A DNA stretch of 64,000 bases from Octopus vulgaris (GCA_951406725.2 OX597818.1:129456001-129520000); one strand, 5' to 3'. Positions 11,478 through 24,161 are shown, counted from the stretch's first letter. Notes: a model not told the origin generated them from the sequence alone. Numbers and translations: made by a program.

Positions 11478-12066
11478 ATCCTTTCTAGTATAGACATAAG
11501 GCCTGAAATTTGGGGGAGAGGATACTCAATTATATTGACTCCACCCCAGTGTAACTGGTACTTTTTTCAATGGTCCTGAAAGGATGAAAAGCAAAGTCAA
11601 CCATGCTCAGCATCTTGCTTAGCATGCTAACAATTCTGCCAGTTTGCTGCCTTACTAACAATAATAATCCTTTCTACTATAGGGGCATAAAGCCTAAAAT
11701 TCGGGAGAGGGGATAAGTCGAGTACATCGGCCCCACTATTTCACTGGTACTTAATTTATCGACCCTAAAAGGATGAAAGGCAAAGTTGACCTTGCTGGGA
11801 TTTGAACTCAGAATGTAGTGGCAGACAAAATACCTATTTCTTTACTACTCACAAGGAGCTAAACACAGAGAGGACAAACAAGGACAGACAAACGGATTAA
11901 GTCGATTACATCGACCCCAGTGCGTAACTGGTACTTAATCTATCGACCTCGAAAGGATGAAAGGCAAAGTCGACCTCCGCAGAATTTGAACTCAGAACGT
12001 AACGGCAGACGAAATATGGCTACGCATTTCGCCCAGCATGCTAACGTTTCTGCCAGCTCGCCACCT
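11478..12066 (-). mobile_element. Stack of three SINE family C copies or fragments; 11836-12066 belongs to a younger subfamily with a GGACAGACAAA tail
   Basis: Repeated GGTACTTAATTTATCGACCC-AAAGGATGAAAGGCAAAGTCGACC units separated by (AAT)n. Confidence 0.8.
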
Positions 12067-12074
12067 TACTGATG

Positions 12075-12123
<49 letters not shown>

Positions 12124-12612
12124 AATAATTCAGAAAATATTCTGAGTCTGCTATGCTTTCAATACTCAAAATGCATAAGGAGAAATATGTTTATGGGTTA
12201 TTAACATCATGCCCTGGAGGAATTAATAAAATGACAGGAAAATTTCATCAAATTTATACAAAACTGTTTGATTAAATATTCTTCTTTTCCTTTTCTTTTT
12301 CCTTTCCTTTTTCTCTCTCCTTTTTTTCCCCGTCTTTCTTTTTTTGCCAGTTATAAATTTGAAACTTAAAGACTGACGATGTCATTCCATCAATGTATGG
12401 ATGCTGGTTGCTCTCGTTCATATTCTAGATTTGAATTTCTATAATTTTGAGTTTTTACTTTTTATTTTGAACTCAACAAAACAGTCTTGCTGTCGAAATA
12501 TCGTTCAACCAATGAAATATCTATTACAATCGGATTGCACTCTTCATCTTGTCTGTTTACCTTTGTGAAGAATTATGCTAAAATACTGTTATTATTATTA
12601 TTAATATTATTG

Positions 12613-13026
12613 GAAAGGTAGACTGGCAGAATCTTTAGAGTACTGACCAAAATGCCTTGTTCTGAGTTCAAACTCTACTGAGGTCAACTTTACCTTTCGT
12701 CCTTTTAAGGTTGATAAAATAAATCATTAACTACACTGGGGTCTATGTAACCACTATGCCAAATCTGAAGCCTTGTGCTTAATTACAATCTTTCTTTTTC
12801 TTATTATTATCTAAGGTGGTGAGCTGGAAGAATCATTAGGACACTGGGTGAAATGCATGGCGGCATTTCATCCATCCTTACATTCTGAGTTCAAATTCTG
12901 CTGAGGTTGACTTTACCTTTCATCCTTTTGGGGTCAATAAAATGAGTACCAGTCAAGCACTAGGGTCGATGCAATCGACTAGCCCCTTCCCCTTAATTTC
13001 AGGCCTTGTGTCTATAGAAGAAAGAA
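12613..13026 (+). mobile_element. Two tandem SINE family C copies
   Basis: TTCTGAGTTCAAA..CTGAGGT..ACTTTACCTTTC-TCCTTT motif twice, with (TTA)n flanks. Confidence 0.75.
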
Positions 13027-13056
13027 TTATTATTATTATTATTATTATCATCATTA

Positions 13057-13113
<57 letters not shown>

Positions 13114-13241
13114 GTTCATTGTTTGTTGCTGCTTCTGTCATTAATGAGCGATACATCAAGGTGAAGAAATTAATCTTCTACCTAATTGATCTTTATTCTT
13201 CATGTGCAACAATCAAAGTGAGCATGGAGACAAATAGACAT

Positions 13242-13274
<33 letters not shown>

Positions 13275-13489
13275 AAGAAAGACAAATGATAAAAACAGAG
13301 AAAAGAAGAAAGGAAATAATGTGTCAATGGTGAATAGCTGAGGGGAAACATAGTCTTTGTACCTTACTAATTGTTTCAAAGGTTTTGCTGTGGTGCAACA
13401 GGGAAGGAGGAAAATAAGTAACACTGTCAACTAGGAACTCTTTGTTGGAGATGATGGGGGCAGATGCATAAGTATGCGTGCATGTGTGT

Positions 13490-13491
13490 TA

Positions 13492-13523
<32 letters not shown>

Positions 13524-13792
13524 GTAGAATGTGTGTTTATTGTCTGTGTCTGTCTGTGCTAATGCGTAGAAGTATATGTGTGTATGTGTGTGTGTGTAGA
13601 ATGTGTGTTTATTGTGTGTGTCTGTGCTGTCGTGAAATAGTATGTGTGTGTGTGTGTGGAATGTGTGTTTATTGTGTGTCTGTCTGTGCTAAAGTGTAGA
13701 AGTATATGTATGTGTGTGTGCATGTGTACAATGTGTGTTTATTGCATGTGTTTGTGCTAATGTGAAGAAGTATATGTGTGTGAATGTATGGT

Positions 13793-13824
<32 letters not shown>

Positions 13825-14060
13825 TGTTTGTGAGTGTGAATGTGTGTGAGACAGTGAATGTGCGTGTGTAAGTGTGTGCGTGTGCGCATATGTGAATGTG
13901 CAGAATGTGTGTGTTTATAGAATGTGTCTATCTGTGCTAACATGCAGAAGTATGTGTGTGCAAATGTGTATGTGTGAGTATGTATGTGTGTATGAGTGTA
14001 ACTGTGAGTATGAGTGTGAATGTGTGTGAATGAATGTGAGTATGTATGTGTGCATATGTA
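13490..14060. repeat. (TG)n-based compound minisatellite, about 70-bp unit GAATGTGTGTTTATTG..TGTGCTAA..GAAGTATATG
   Basis: Unit recognisable 4-5 times between 13520 and 13960. Confidence 0.75.
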
Positions 14061-14454
14061 TGGTTTCAAGCATAGCTGAATAGCTAAGAAATTTGCTTCG
14101 CACTTATGACGTCCTGGTTTCAATACCACTGCATGGCATCTTGGGCAAATATCTATTGCAGACTCATGTATACACTCCTCAAATTAAATTCATTTGTGTA
14201 TTAGTCTCTTATAGATAGTTTCCATGGGTTAAGCCTCTGATAATCTTCAAATGTTGTCTCACATTTTTATATACTTAAGCTGAGTTTGAACTCACATTGC
14301 TCACAGAGTAGGAATGGAATTTAATTTATAGGTTAGATATATTGGCAAATATAGAGTTATGTCAATTTGTTTTTGCTGTTTTATCCCAGATCAGCTCAAA
14401 TCATTCAGACCCAGACTTATGATCAAAGCTGTTATATTTAGGAACATTCTATCT

Positions 14455-14841
14455 GTAGAAGCACTCCGTCGGTTACGACGATGAGGGTTCCGGTTGATCC
14501 GAATCAACGGAACAGCCTGCTCGTGAAATTAACGTGTAAGTGGCTGAGCACTCCACAGACATGTGCACCCTTAACGTAGTTCTCGGGGATATTCAGCATG
14601 ACACAGAGAGTGACAAGGCCGGCCCCTTGAAATACAGGTACAACAGAAACAGGAAGTAAGAGTGAGAGAAAGTTGTGGTGAAAGAGTACAGCAGGGATCA
14701 CCACCATCCCCTGCCGGAGCCTCGTGGAGCTTTTAGGTGTTTTCGCTCAATAAACACTCACAACGCCCGGTCTGGGAATCGAAACCGCGATCCTATGACT
14801 GCGAGTCCGCTGCCCTAACCACTGGGCCATTGCGCCTCCAC
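14455..14841 (-). mobile_element. SINE family A, tail type ii
   Basis: 11-bp TSD ACATTCTATCT at 14444-14454 and 14842-14852. Confidence 0.92.
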
Positions 14842-14883
14842 ACATTCTATCTATATAGGGGTATCTAGGATATTACATAATCT

Positions 14884-15842
14884 GGTGGAATTCTGGTTTA
14901 AACACCCCATATAACACCTCTTAATTTTTTTTATTTTTTGTGAATTTATCTTTTAAAATGGAAATTCATTAAAAATTTTATGAAAAAGATTTTTGAAAAA
15001 ATTTTTGACTCCCACCCACACTTTTCATAAATCCTAAAATTTCCACTCTTTAAAAAATTTTCTTTCTTTTAAATCGAAATTTAAAATATGGATTATTTTG
15101 CTTAAATCCCAGCAATAGATCACTCTTGAGTGCATCATCATTCCATTAAGTGTGTTTATGGGAAGAAAACTATTGAGAAACATCAATACATGTCAGAGTG
15201 ACAAAGAAATGAGGATGGCATCAGATGGTCATGGGATGTGCTAAAAATAACAGTTAAATTGCCCTTAAATCATACACACACAATTGTTTTTTTGCATAAT
15301 CATATGAATTTACTCTTTACTCTACTCTTTTACTTGTTTCAGTCATTTGACTGTGGCCATGCTGGAGCACCGCCTTTAGTCGAGCAAATCGACCCCGGGA
15401 CTTATTCTTTGTAAACCCAGTACTTTTTCTATCAGTCTCTTTTGCCGAACCGCTAAGTGACGGGGACGTAAACACACCAGCATCAGTTGTCAAGCAATGC
15501 TAGAGGGACAAATACAGACACACAAACATATACACACACACACACATATACATATATACATATATACGACAGGCTTCTTTCAGTTTCCGTCTACCAAATC
15601 CACTCACAAGGCTTTGGTCGGCCCGAAGCTATAGTAGAAGACACTTGACCATGATGCCACGCAGTGGGACTGAACCCCTGGAACCATGTGGTTGGTTAGC
15701 AAGCTACTTATCACACAGCCACTCCTGCGCCTATGGGTTAATTTGTGTATGTAGAAGATAAATTTGCAGAACTTTTCTGAAAATTCCAAATAATAAAAAC
15801 ATTACGAGGGGTTACATGGGGTTCTTAAACCAGAATTCTACC
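14884..15842. mobile_element. Non-autonomous DNA transposon with about 41-bp TIRs, carrying an inserted SINE B
   Basis: GGTGGAATTCTGGTTTAAACACCCCATATAACACCTCTTAAT matches the reverse complement of 15801-15842 (GGTAGAATTCTGGTTTAAGAACCCCATGTAACCCCTCGTAAT). Confidence 0.75.
15309..15731 (-). mobile_element. SINE family B, full length
   Basis: Reverse complement of 15951-16376. Confidence 0.9.
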
Positions 15843-15950
15843 CAACATCCAATATTGTCTTTGCTTTATTTTTCAAAGCAGTAAGATGTATATCAAAAGT
15901 GAGATTTTGGGAATTATTTCCATTACTTAGGTGCACAATGCACCTATATA

Positions 15951-16376
15951 GGCGCAGGAGTGGCTGTGTGGTAAGTAGCTTGCTAACCAGCCACATGGTT
16001 CCGGGTTCAGTCCCACTGCATGGCATCATGGGCAAGTGTCTTCTGCTATAGCCCCGGGCCGACCAATGCCTTGTGAGTGGATTTGGTAGATGGAAACTGA
16101 AAGAAGCCTGTCGTATATATGTATATATATATATATATAAGTGTGTGTGTATATGTTTGTGTGTCTGTGTTTGTCCCCCTAGCATTGCTTGACAACCGAT
16201 GCTGGTGTGTTTACGTCCTTGTCACTTAGCGGTTCGGCAAAAGAGACCGATAGAATAAGTACTGGGCTTACAAAGAATAAGTCCCGGGGTCGATTTGCTC
16301 GACTAAAGGTGGTGCTCCAGCATGGCCGCAGTCAAATGACTGAAACAAGTAAAAGAGTAAAAGAGAGTAAAGAGTA
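15951..16376 (+). mobile_element. SINE family B, full length
   Basis: Head GGCGCAGGAGTGGCTGTGTGGTAAG, tail GTAAAAGAG repeats. Confidence 0.9.
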
Positions 16377-16755
16377 ATGCAAGAGCTGAACAAGGGTTCA
16401 CATCCCTGAAGCAGCATCTTCTTTGAATGTGATGAAAATAAGAGATGTGAACCCGCACACGTCTCTTGTTTCTCTTCCAACTATTGCATGCATGCAGATC
16501 CATCTGAACCTTACAATATTATCTTGCATATCAGCATCTTCATCTTCATCTTCTCCCCTTATCCTAATGACAATCTAACAACATGCCATGCATTATGTGT
16601 TAATCTATTGTTAATTCAGTGTCACATACAACTAATCCAATTTGATTAGCTATTATTATACACTTCTATTGATATTTACTCCTAGCTTAACTTCAAATAT
16701 TGCTACTAACTCATCCTTCCTTGCACACCCACTTAAGCATGTGCACATCACTCTT

Positions 16756-17016
<261 letters not shown>

Positions 17017-17261
17017 GCATACCTAACAAGCAGTTAACACAAATATGTGTATCCAAATGTGCATGCATGCAGATATTCTTGTGATCACAAGTGTATACTC
17101 ATGTAAACGTAAACCTTTAATATACATGCTTACTCATCTCCCCTCACTTCTATCTATTAATATATTCACACATACGGACACACACCAATACACACGTATA
17201 GGATGTGCAGTCAATAAGCATTAAAAGGAACAACACAGAAGGGACAAAGCTTGATAAATAT

Positions 17262-17696
17262 TCTTCTATTCTTTTATTCCTTTATTCTTTTACTTGCTTC
17301 AAGTCGTTTCACTGCAGCCATGCTGGAGCACCACCTTGAAGGGTTTTAGTCAAACAAATCAACAACCACAGGAACCTATTTTTTTGAAAGCCTAAGTACT
17401 CATTTTCTCGGTCTCTTTTGCTGAAATGCTAAGTTACGGGGATGCAAGCACACCAACACCAGTTGTCAAGTAGTGATGAGGTGGGGTGGGGGGGGGGACA
17501 AAGACACAAAGACTCACACACACACACATATATATATATGATGGGCTTCTTTTAGTTTCCATCTACCAAATCCACTCACAAGGCTTTGTTTGGCCAGAGG
17601 CTATAGTAGGAGACACATGCCCAAGGTGCCACACAGTGGGACTGAACCTGAAACCATGTAGATGGGAAGCAAACTTCTTTCCACACATCCACGCTT
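17262..17696 (-). mobile_element. SINE family B, older copy
   Basis: Diverged match to family B over its full length. Confidence 0.8.
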
Positions 17697-17939
17697 GTGG
17701 TAATAGTTTAATGCTCTAGAAGTTGGAATAAGTTTGGAGTATCTTGAAATTTGGGATACTTGACATTCAGAGGAGGGAAAAAAAGCATAAGCAGAGAAAG
17801 AAGTAATGAATGTATAAAACAAAAGACAAAAATAGTATAAAAATGCAAAATTCAAAACTTAATGAAGTTTTTTTGTTTGGAGGGAAAGGCTAAAAGAAGA
17901 AGGTGAAGGATTATATATATGTATATATATATGTGTGTG

Positions 17940-18250
17940 GTGGAGGCTCAATGGCCAAGTGGTTAGGGCAGCGGACTCGCAGTTGGAGAATTGCGGTTTC
18001 AATTCCCAGACTGGGTGTTGTGTGTGCTTTTTGAGTGTAAGCACCTAAAGCTCCACAAGGCTCCGGCAGGGGGTGGTCATGACCCCTGTTGTACTCTTTC
18101 GCCCCAACTTTCTCTCACTCTTTCATCCTGTTTCTTGAGTAATGCTGCAATGGACTGGCGTCCCATCCAGCTGGGGGGAACACATACACCACAGAAACCG
18201 GGAAACCAGGCCTGTGAGCCTGGTTGGGCTTGAAAAGGGCGCATAAATAA
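17940..18250 (+). mobile_element. SINE family A, tail type iii (V-domain-like CTGCRATGGACTGGCGTCCCATCCAG)
   Basis: Family A head followed by a different 3' module shared with 31919-32227. Confidence 0.85.
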
Positions 18251-18420
18251 ATAAATATATAGTATATATCTGTGTATATAAAAGAAAGCTACAAAAGAAA
18301 AACATTGACAAAAATACTTCCATACTTTATAGAATTCCTCATCGAAAATGCTATGAGGCTTTCTTTCTATTATTTCTTGGATGCTCTGACAATCCTGCTA
18401 TGATGATAATAATAACAAGA

Positions 18421-18595
18421 ATCCTTTCTACTAGGAAACAAGACATTTTAGTGGAGGAGAATAGTCGATTACATCGACCCCAGTACTTAACAAATGTTTA
18501 TATCATTGACCCCAAAAGGATGAAAGGCAAAGATGACCTTGGCGGAATTTGAACTCGGAATGTTATTGGCAGGTGAAATGCATTTTGTCTGAAGA
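18421..18595 (-). mobile_element. SINE family C
   Basis: AGTCGATTACATCGACCCCAGT..AAAGGATGAAAGGCAAAG..GAATTTGAACTC. Confidence 0.75.
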
Positions 18596-18784
18596 GCTGG
18601 GACAAAATTATTAACTGTATTTCATTTGAAGAGCTAATGATTCCGTTAGCTGGACACCTTTGTAAAAAAAAATAATAGCAGCAACAACAAATGCAATGAA
18701 TAAGCTGAAGCAACAATGATGATCGGAGAATAAGGAGTGGTTAAACTGAAAGCTGGAAAGAAAAACAAACACCATTCACTACAA

Positions 18785-20180
18785 TTACCATCATCAACCA
18801 TCACCACCATCTGCCACCCCCACCCGTCACCACCATCGCCGCCGCCACCACCACCACCACCACCACCACCATCATCACAACTACCACCACAACCACCAAC
18901 CATCACCAGAACCATCCGCTGCCACCCACCCCCGTCACCACCACTCGCCACCATCGCCACCCCCACCACCTGGCACTGTCATCACAACCATCACCATCAG
19001 CTACGAGCATTACCATCACCGCCACAACAATCTGCTGCCATCGCCACCACCACCACCACTCGCAACTATCTACAACCATCACCACCACCACAACTAACAC
19101 CACAACCATCCACCATTATCAACCACAACTACCACCAGCCAACACTGCTATCGATGGTATGACCAGCCCACCATCAAAACCAATATCACCCATCATCATA
19201 ACCATGTCTTAAACTAATAGTACCACCACCACCACCACCACCACCACCATTGCCACCTACCACCAAACTCTAGCACATACCATATATACAACGGGCGTCT
19301 TTTAGTTTCCATCTACTAAATCCTCTCACAAGGCTTTGGTTGTCCAGAGGCTATAGTAGGAGACCCATGCCCAAGGTGACATGCAGTGGGACTGAACCTG
19401 AAACCATGTAGATTGGAAGCAAACTTCTTACCACCACCACCACCGTCACCACCGCCACCACCACCACCACCACCACTGCTGCCACCTACCACCAAAATGA
19501 AGCACCCACCATCTTTGCAAAGATTAGCATCTATCTACCTCTAATCATCAGCACCACCACAGCAATCATCTGCCACCAGTACAACCGACCGACCAACCAC
19601 CACCACCACCACCACCGTCACCATCACCATCACCACCACCATCACCACCACCACCACCACCATCACCACCACCACCACCACCACCATCACCATCACCACC
19701 ACCATCACCATCACCACCACCACCACCATCACCATCACCACCACCACCACCATCACCACCACCACCACCACCACCACCACCACCACCATCACCACCACCA
19801 TCACCACCACCACCACCACCACCACCACCACCACCACCACCACCACCACCACCACCACCACCATCACCACCACCATCACCACCACCACCACCATCACCAT
19901 CACCACCACCATCACCACCACCACCACCACCACCACCACCACCACCACCACCACCACCACCACCACATCACCACCACCACCACCACCACCACCACCACCA
20001 CCACCACCACCACCACCACCACCACCTCAACTTCCCACAAACTCCAACCAACCAACCCCTTAACCACATTTCCAAAAACAAACTCCCCCAACCACTTCTG
20101 CCACCACCACCACCACCACCACCACAACCACCACCACTACCACCACTACCACCACTACCACCGCTGCCGCCACTACTCAC
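18785..20180. repeat. Long (CAC)n/(CAT)n compound tract with a 5' SINE B fragment (19288-19433, minus)
   Basis: Nearly pure ACC/ATC run at 19595-20025. Confidence 0.95.
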
Positions 20181-21139
20181 AACACAGCTTTTCAGCCCTG
20201 TCACAAAACAAGAGAATTTTTGGAGGACACTCCAACATAGAGAGACAGAGAGAGAAAGAAAGAGAGGCGGGTGTGTGTGTGTGTGGGGGGGGGAAATGTT
20301 GTTACATATATAATGCACTGCAAAACAGTTTAACACATCACCGTTAATATCTTAACAACAACAACAACAACAACAAAGAGAAAAAAAAACAACAAAAGCT
20401 CATCTAACAATTCACTGCACTCCATTTATTTAACAATTTGTTAATTCGTTCATTGATTAGTTGATTTATTTATCTACTTATCTGTGTTATCTATTTATTT
20501 ATTTATTTATTTATTTATCTATGTATTTATCTATTGATTTGTTTATTCGTTTATTGTATCTATTTAATTGTTTGCTTGATATATTTTGAGTGTTTTGATC
20601 GATTTTTTTTTTTGTTGTTGCTTTTGTTGTTGTTTTTTTAACTTGGTTCTCTTCTGGCTTATTAAGATTTCTGTAAAAATAGAAATTGATATAAACAAGA
20701 TAATATACAACAACAACAACAAAAAAAAATATTGAGAAGAAAAAAAAAAGGGACATGGGACAAACAAAGATAGAAATGGAAGGATGAGAGAGAGAGAGAG
20801 AGAGAGACAGATAGAAAGACAATGAGAGGGTGAGAAAGGAAGAGATGAGAGAGAGAGAGAGAGAGACAGATAGAAAGACAATGAGAGGGTGAGAAAGGAA
20901 GAGATTGTGTTAGAGAGAATGTAAGAGAGTGATATGAAGATAAAGAACTAGAAAAAGTATTTAAAAAGGATATTCAAAAAAAGTAAGAATGAAGAACAGT
21001 ACAAAATTAAGGGATGGCCCTGGATTAACTAGAATAAACTGTTAATGGACATGACATGAAGAATAATTGTGATCATAATAATAATAATGATAATAATAAT
21101 AATAATAATAATAATCCTTTCTGATATAATAATTATAGT

Positions 21140-22760
21140 TGTAATGATATCCCTGACCTTGGTACTTGGGAAAATGAACCTGGGATACCAACTAAAGGAA
21201 AAATCCCAAACAATCAACCATTCCAAACAATCATCCAACTATGTGGATGATTTGAAACTGTATGGCAAAGATGAGACTCAAGTGAGTTCCTTAGTGAACA
21301 TTGTCCACTGTTTTAGTACTGATATTAGAATGGAATTTGAACTTAAAGAGTGTAGAGTAATCTACCTAAAAAGAGGCAAAGTACAGTCCCTAGCAGGAAT
21401 AGAATTACCGAAAAGAGACTTGATTAAACTAATTGAAATGGAAGGATACAAATACTTTGGAGTACTACGGTGCAAGGAGATAATGGAAAAGGAAATGAAA
21501 GAGCAACTGAGGATGGAGTATTTCCGAAGACTGAGGTTGGTGTTGCCTCAAAATTGACTGGATGGAATAAAATTCAAGCAGTTAATACATGGGAGACAGC
21601 ATCACTTTGGTATGGAGTGGGAATTATAAAATGGCAAAAGAGAAAAATGAAGAGATTGGATACTAAGACCAGAAAACTGTTGACAGTACTCAGAGACTTC
21701 CACCCTAAATGTGACACCAATAGGTTGTACTTGTCCAGAAGAAAGGATGGGAGAGGTTTGATCAGTTACCAAGGCTGTATCGAAGTAGAGGAAAACAACC
21801 TAGGGTGGTATATAAAAATGCTGTCGAGTCACTGTTGAAACACATGACGAAGGCCGATGTCATCAAAACTGAAAATTTAGCATCACTTTGGTATGGAGTG
21901 GGAATTATAAAATGGCAAAAGAGAAAAATGAAGAGATTGGATACTAAGACCAGAAAACTGTTGACAGTACTCAGAGCCTTCCACCCTAAATGTGACACCA
22001 ATAGGTTGTACTTGTCCAGAATAAAGGATGGGAGAGGTTTGATCAGTTACCAAGGCTGTATCGAAGCAGAGGAAAACAACCTAGGGTGGTATGTAAAAAT
22101 GCTGTGGAGCCACTGTTGAAACACATGACGAAGGCCGACGTCATCAAAACGGAAAATTGTGTAACTAAAAAAACATTTAAACAAGAAATGGAAAAAGCAT
22201 GGAAGGAAAAGTAAATGCACAGTTAGTTTACAAGAGATGTGAACACCAAGTGGCTATTGAGAGGACCAGTGGCTATGGATGAGCAGGAGTAACCTAATGA
22301 TAGAGACAGAAGCACTCATATGTGCAGCTCAGGAACAAGCATTAAGGATCAACTATGTGAAGTGCAGAACTGACAACACTACTGATAGCAACAAATGTAG
22401 AATGTATGGTGAGAAGGGTGAAATGGTATGATACATCATTAGTGAATGCCTGAAATTGGCACAATGCAAATACAAAAGATGCCATGACAATGTGGCAAGA
22501 ATGATCCATTGGGTGGTCTGTGGAAATCACAGCCTACAAAGAACAAAGGCATGAGCAAACTTCAGAAGAAGAATTTCAAAATCCTGTGGGATCTAATGAT
22601 CCAGTGTGATCCCCTGACCAGACATAGGAAACTGGACATTGTTGTGGTGAATAAAAAAGGAAGAACATGTATGATTATCAACATAGCATACCCCGTTGAC
22701 AACAAGATCAATGTGAAAGAAGAAAAAATAAAATACATCATGTACCTCAAAGCCTAGCGG
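21140..22760 (+). mobile_element. Degenerate 5'-truncated R4/Dong-like non-LTR retrotransposon (RT C-terminus, zinc knuckle, restriction-like endonuclease)
   Basis: YVDDLKLY, YKYFGV, NKIQAVNTW, RLYLSRRKDGRGL, AAQEQAL, KCRMYGEKGE..IISEC, KRCHDNVARMIHW, ILWD..RKLDIVVVNKK..IINIAYP. Multiple stops and frameshifts. Confidence 0.88.
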
Positions 22761-22838
22761 ATCTATTTTTAGTGCTAGAGTCGACCACATAGTGGTTACT
22801 CTCTTATATTTATATGTGAATATATGTATATATTCACA

Positions 22839-23029
22839 GGTGCAGGAATGGCTGTGTAGGCACAGGAGTGGCTGTAAGGTAAGCAGCTTGCTTACCAACC
22901 ACATGGTTCTGGATTCAGTCCCACTGCATGGAACTTTGGGCAAAGGTCTTCTACTATAGCCTTGGGCTGACCAATGCCTTGTGAGTGGATTTGGTAAACA
23001 GAAACTGAAAGAAGCCTGTCGTATATATG

Positions 23030-23093
<64 letters not shown>

Positions 23094-23293
23094 TGGGTCT
23101 GTGTTTGTCTCCACCAGCATCACTTGACAACTGATGCTGGTGTGTTTACGTCCCTGTAACTTAGTGGTTCGGCAAAAGAGACCCATAGAATAAGTACTAG
23201 GCTTCCAAAGAATAAGTCCTGGGGTCGATTTACTCGACTAAAGGTGGTGCTCCAGCATGGCCACATTCAAATAACTGAAACAAGTAAAAGAGT
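22839..23293 (+). mobile_element. SINE family B
   Basis: Full-length match with a duplicated head start. Confidence 0.9.
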
Positions 23294-23410
23294 ATAAATA
23301 TGTGTATATATATATTTTGCTTAGGCATTGTAAAACTAATGACCCAATGTAGAACTCAATATGCATATGCTTCAGAACGAAGCATTAATTGATTACACTG
23401 CAGTAATAAG

Positions 23411-23575
23411 AAAATAAGATAAAAGAGGAATAAATGATTATTTTAAGAACTTCATTAGCTTACAGTTGTTTCTGCTATAAGACTCAACTGTGAGCCCACT
23501 GCATCTTATAGCATAAACAGCTATAAGCAAATGAAGTTCATGAGATAATAATTTATTGCTTTGTCATCTTATTTT
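23411..23575. repeat. Fold-back element, about 72-bp arms, 21-nt spacer
   Basis: AAAATAAGAT..GAACTTCATTAGCTTACAGTTGTTTCTGCTATAAGA is complementary to TCTTATAGCATAAACAGCTATAAGCAAATGAAGTTC..ATCTTATTTT. Confidence 0.8.
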
Positions 23576-23736
23576 ATATTTGTGTGTGTGTGTGTGTCTG
23601 TGTGTGTATGTGTATGTATGTGTATGTATGTATATATATGTATGTATGTATGTATTTATGTATGTATGTATGTATGTAGATATATAGATATATGACACAG
23701 GCTCTGACACACAGACACATACATCAATATATATAT

Positions 23737-23932
23737 CTCTTTTACTCTTTTACTTGTTTCAGTCATTTGACTGCGGCCATGCTGGAGCACCGCCTTTAAT
23801 TGAGCAACTCGACCCCGGGACTTATTCTTTTGTAAGCCCAGTACTTATTCTATCAGTCTCTTTTGCCGAACCGCTAAGTAATGGGGACATAAACACACCA
23901 GCATCGGTTGTCAAGCAATGCTAGGGGGACAA

Positions 23933-23991
<59 letters not shown>

Positions 23992-24161
23992 CATATATAC
24001 GATGGGCTTCTTTCAGTTTCCGTCTACCAAATCCACTCACAAAGCTTTGGTCGGTCCGAGGCTATAGTAGAAGACACTTGCCCAAGGTGCCACGCAGTGG
24101 GACTGAACCCGCAACCATGTGGTTGGTAAACAAGGTACTTACCACACAGCCACTCCTGCGC
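23737..24161 (-). mobile_element. SINE family B, full length
   Basis: Reverse-complement match to 8484-8891. Confidence 0.9.

Noticed and set aside
18737-20336. Pro-rich, poly-Val and poly-Trp ORFs
   Set aside because: Products of the (CAC)n tract.
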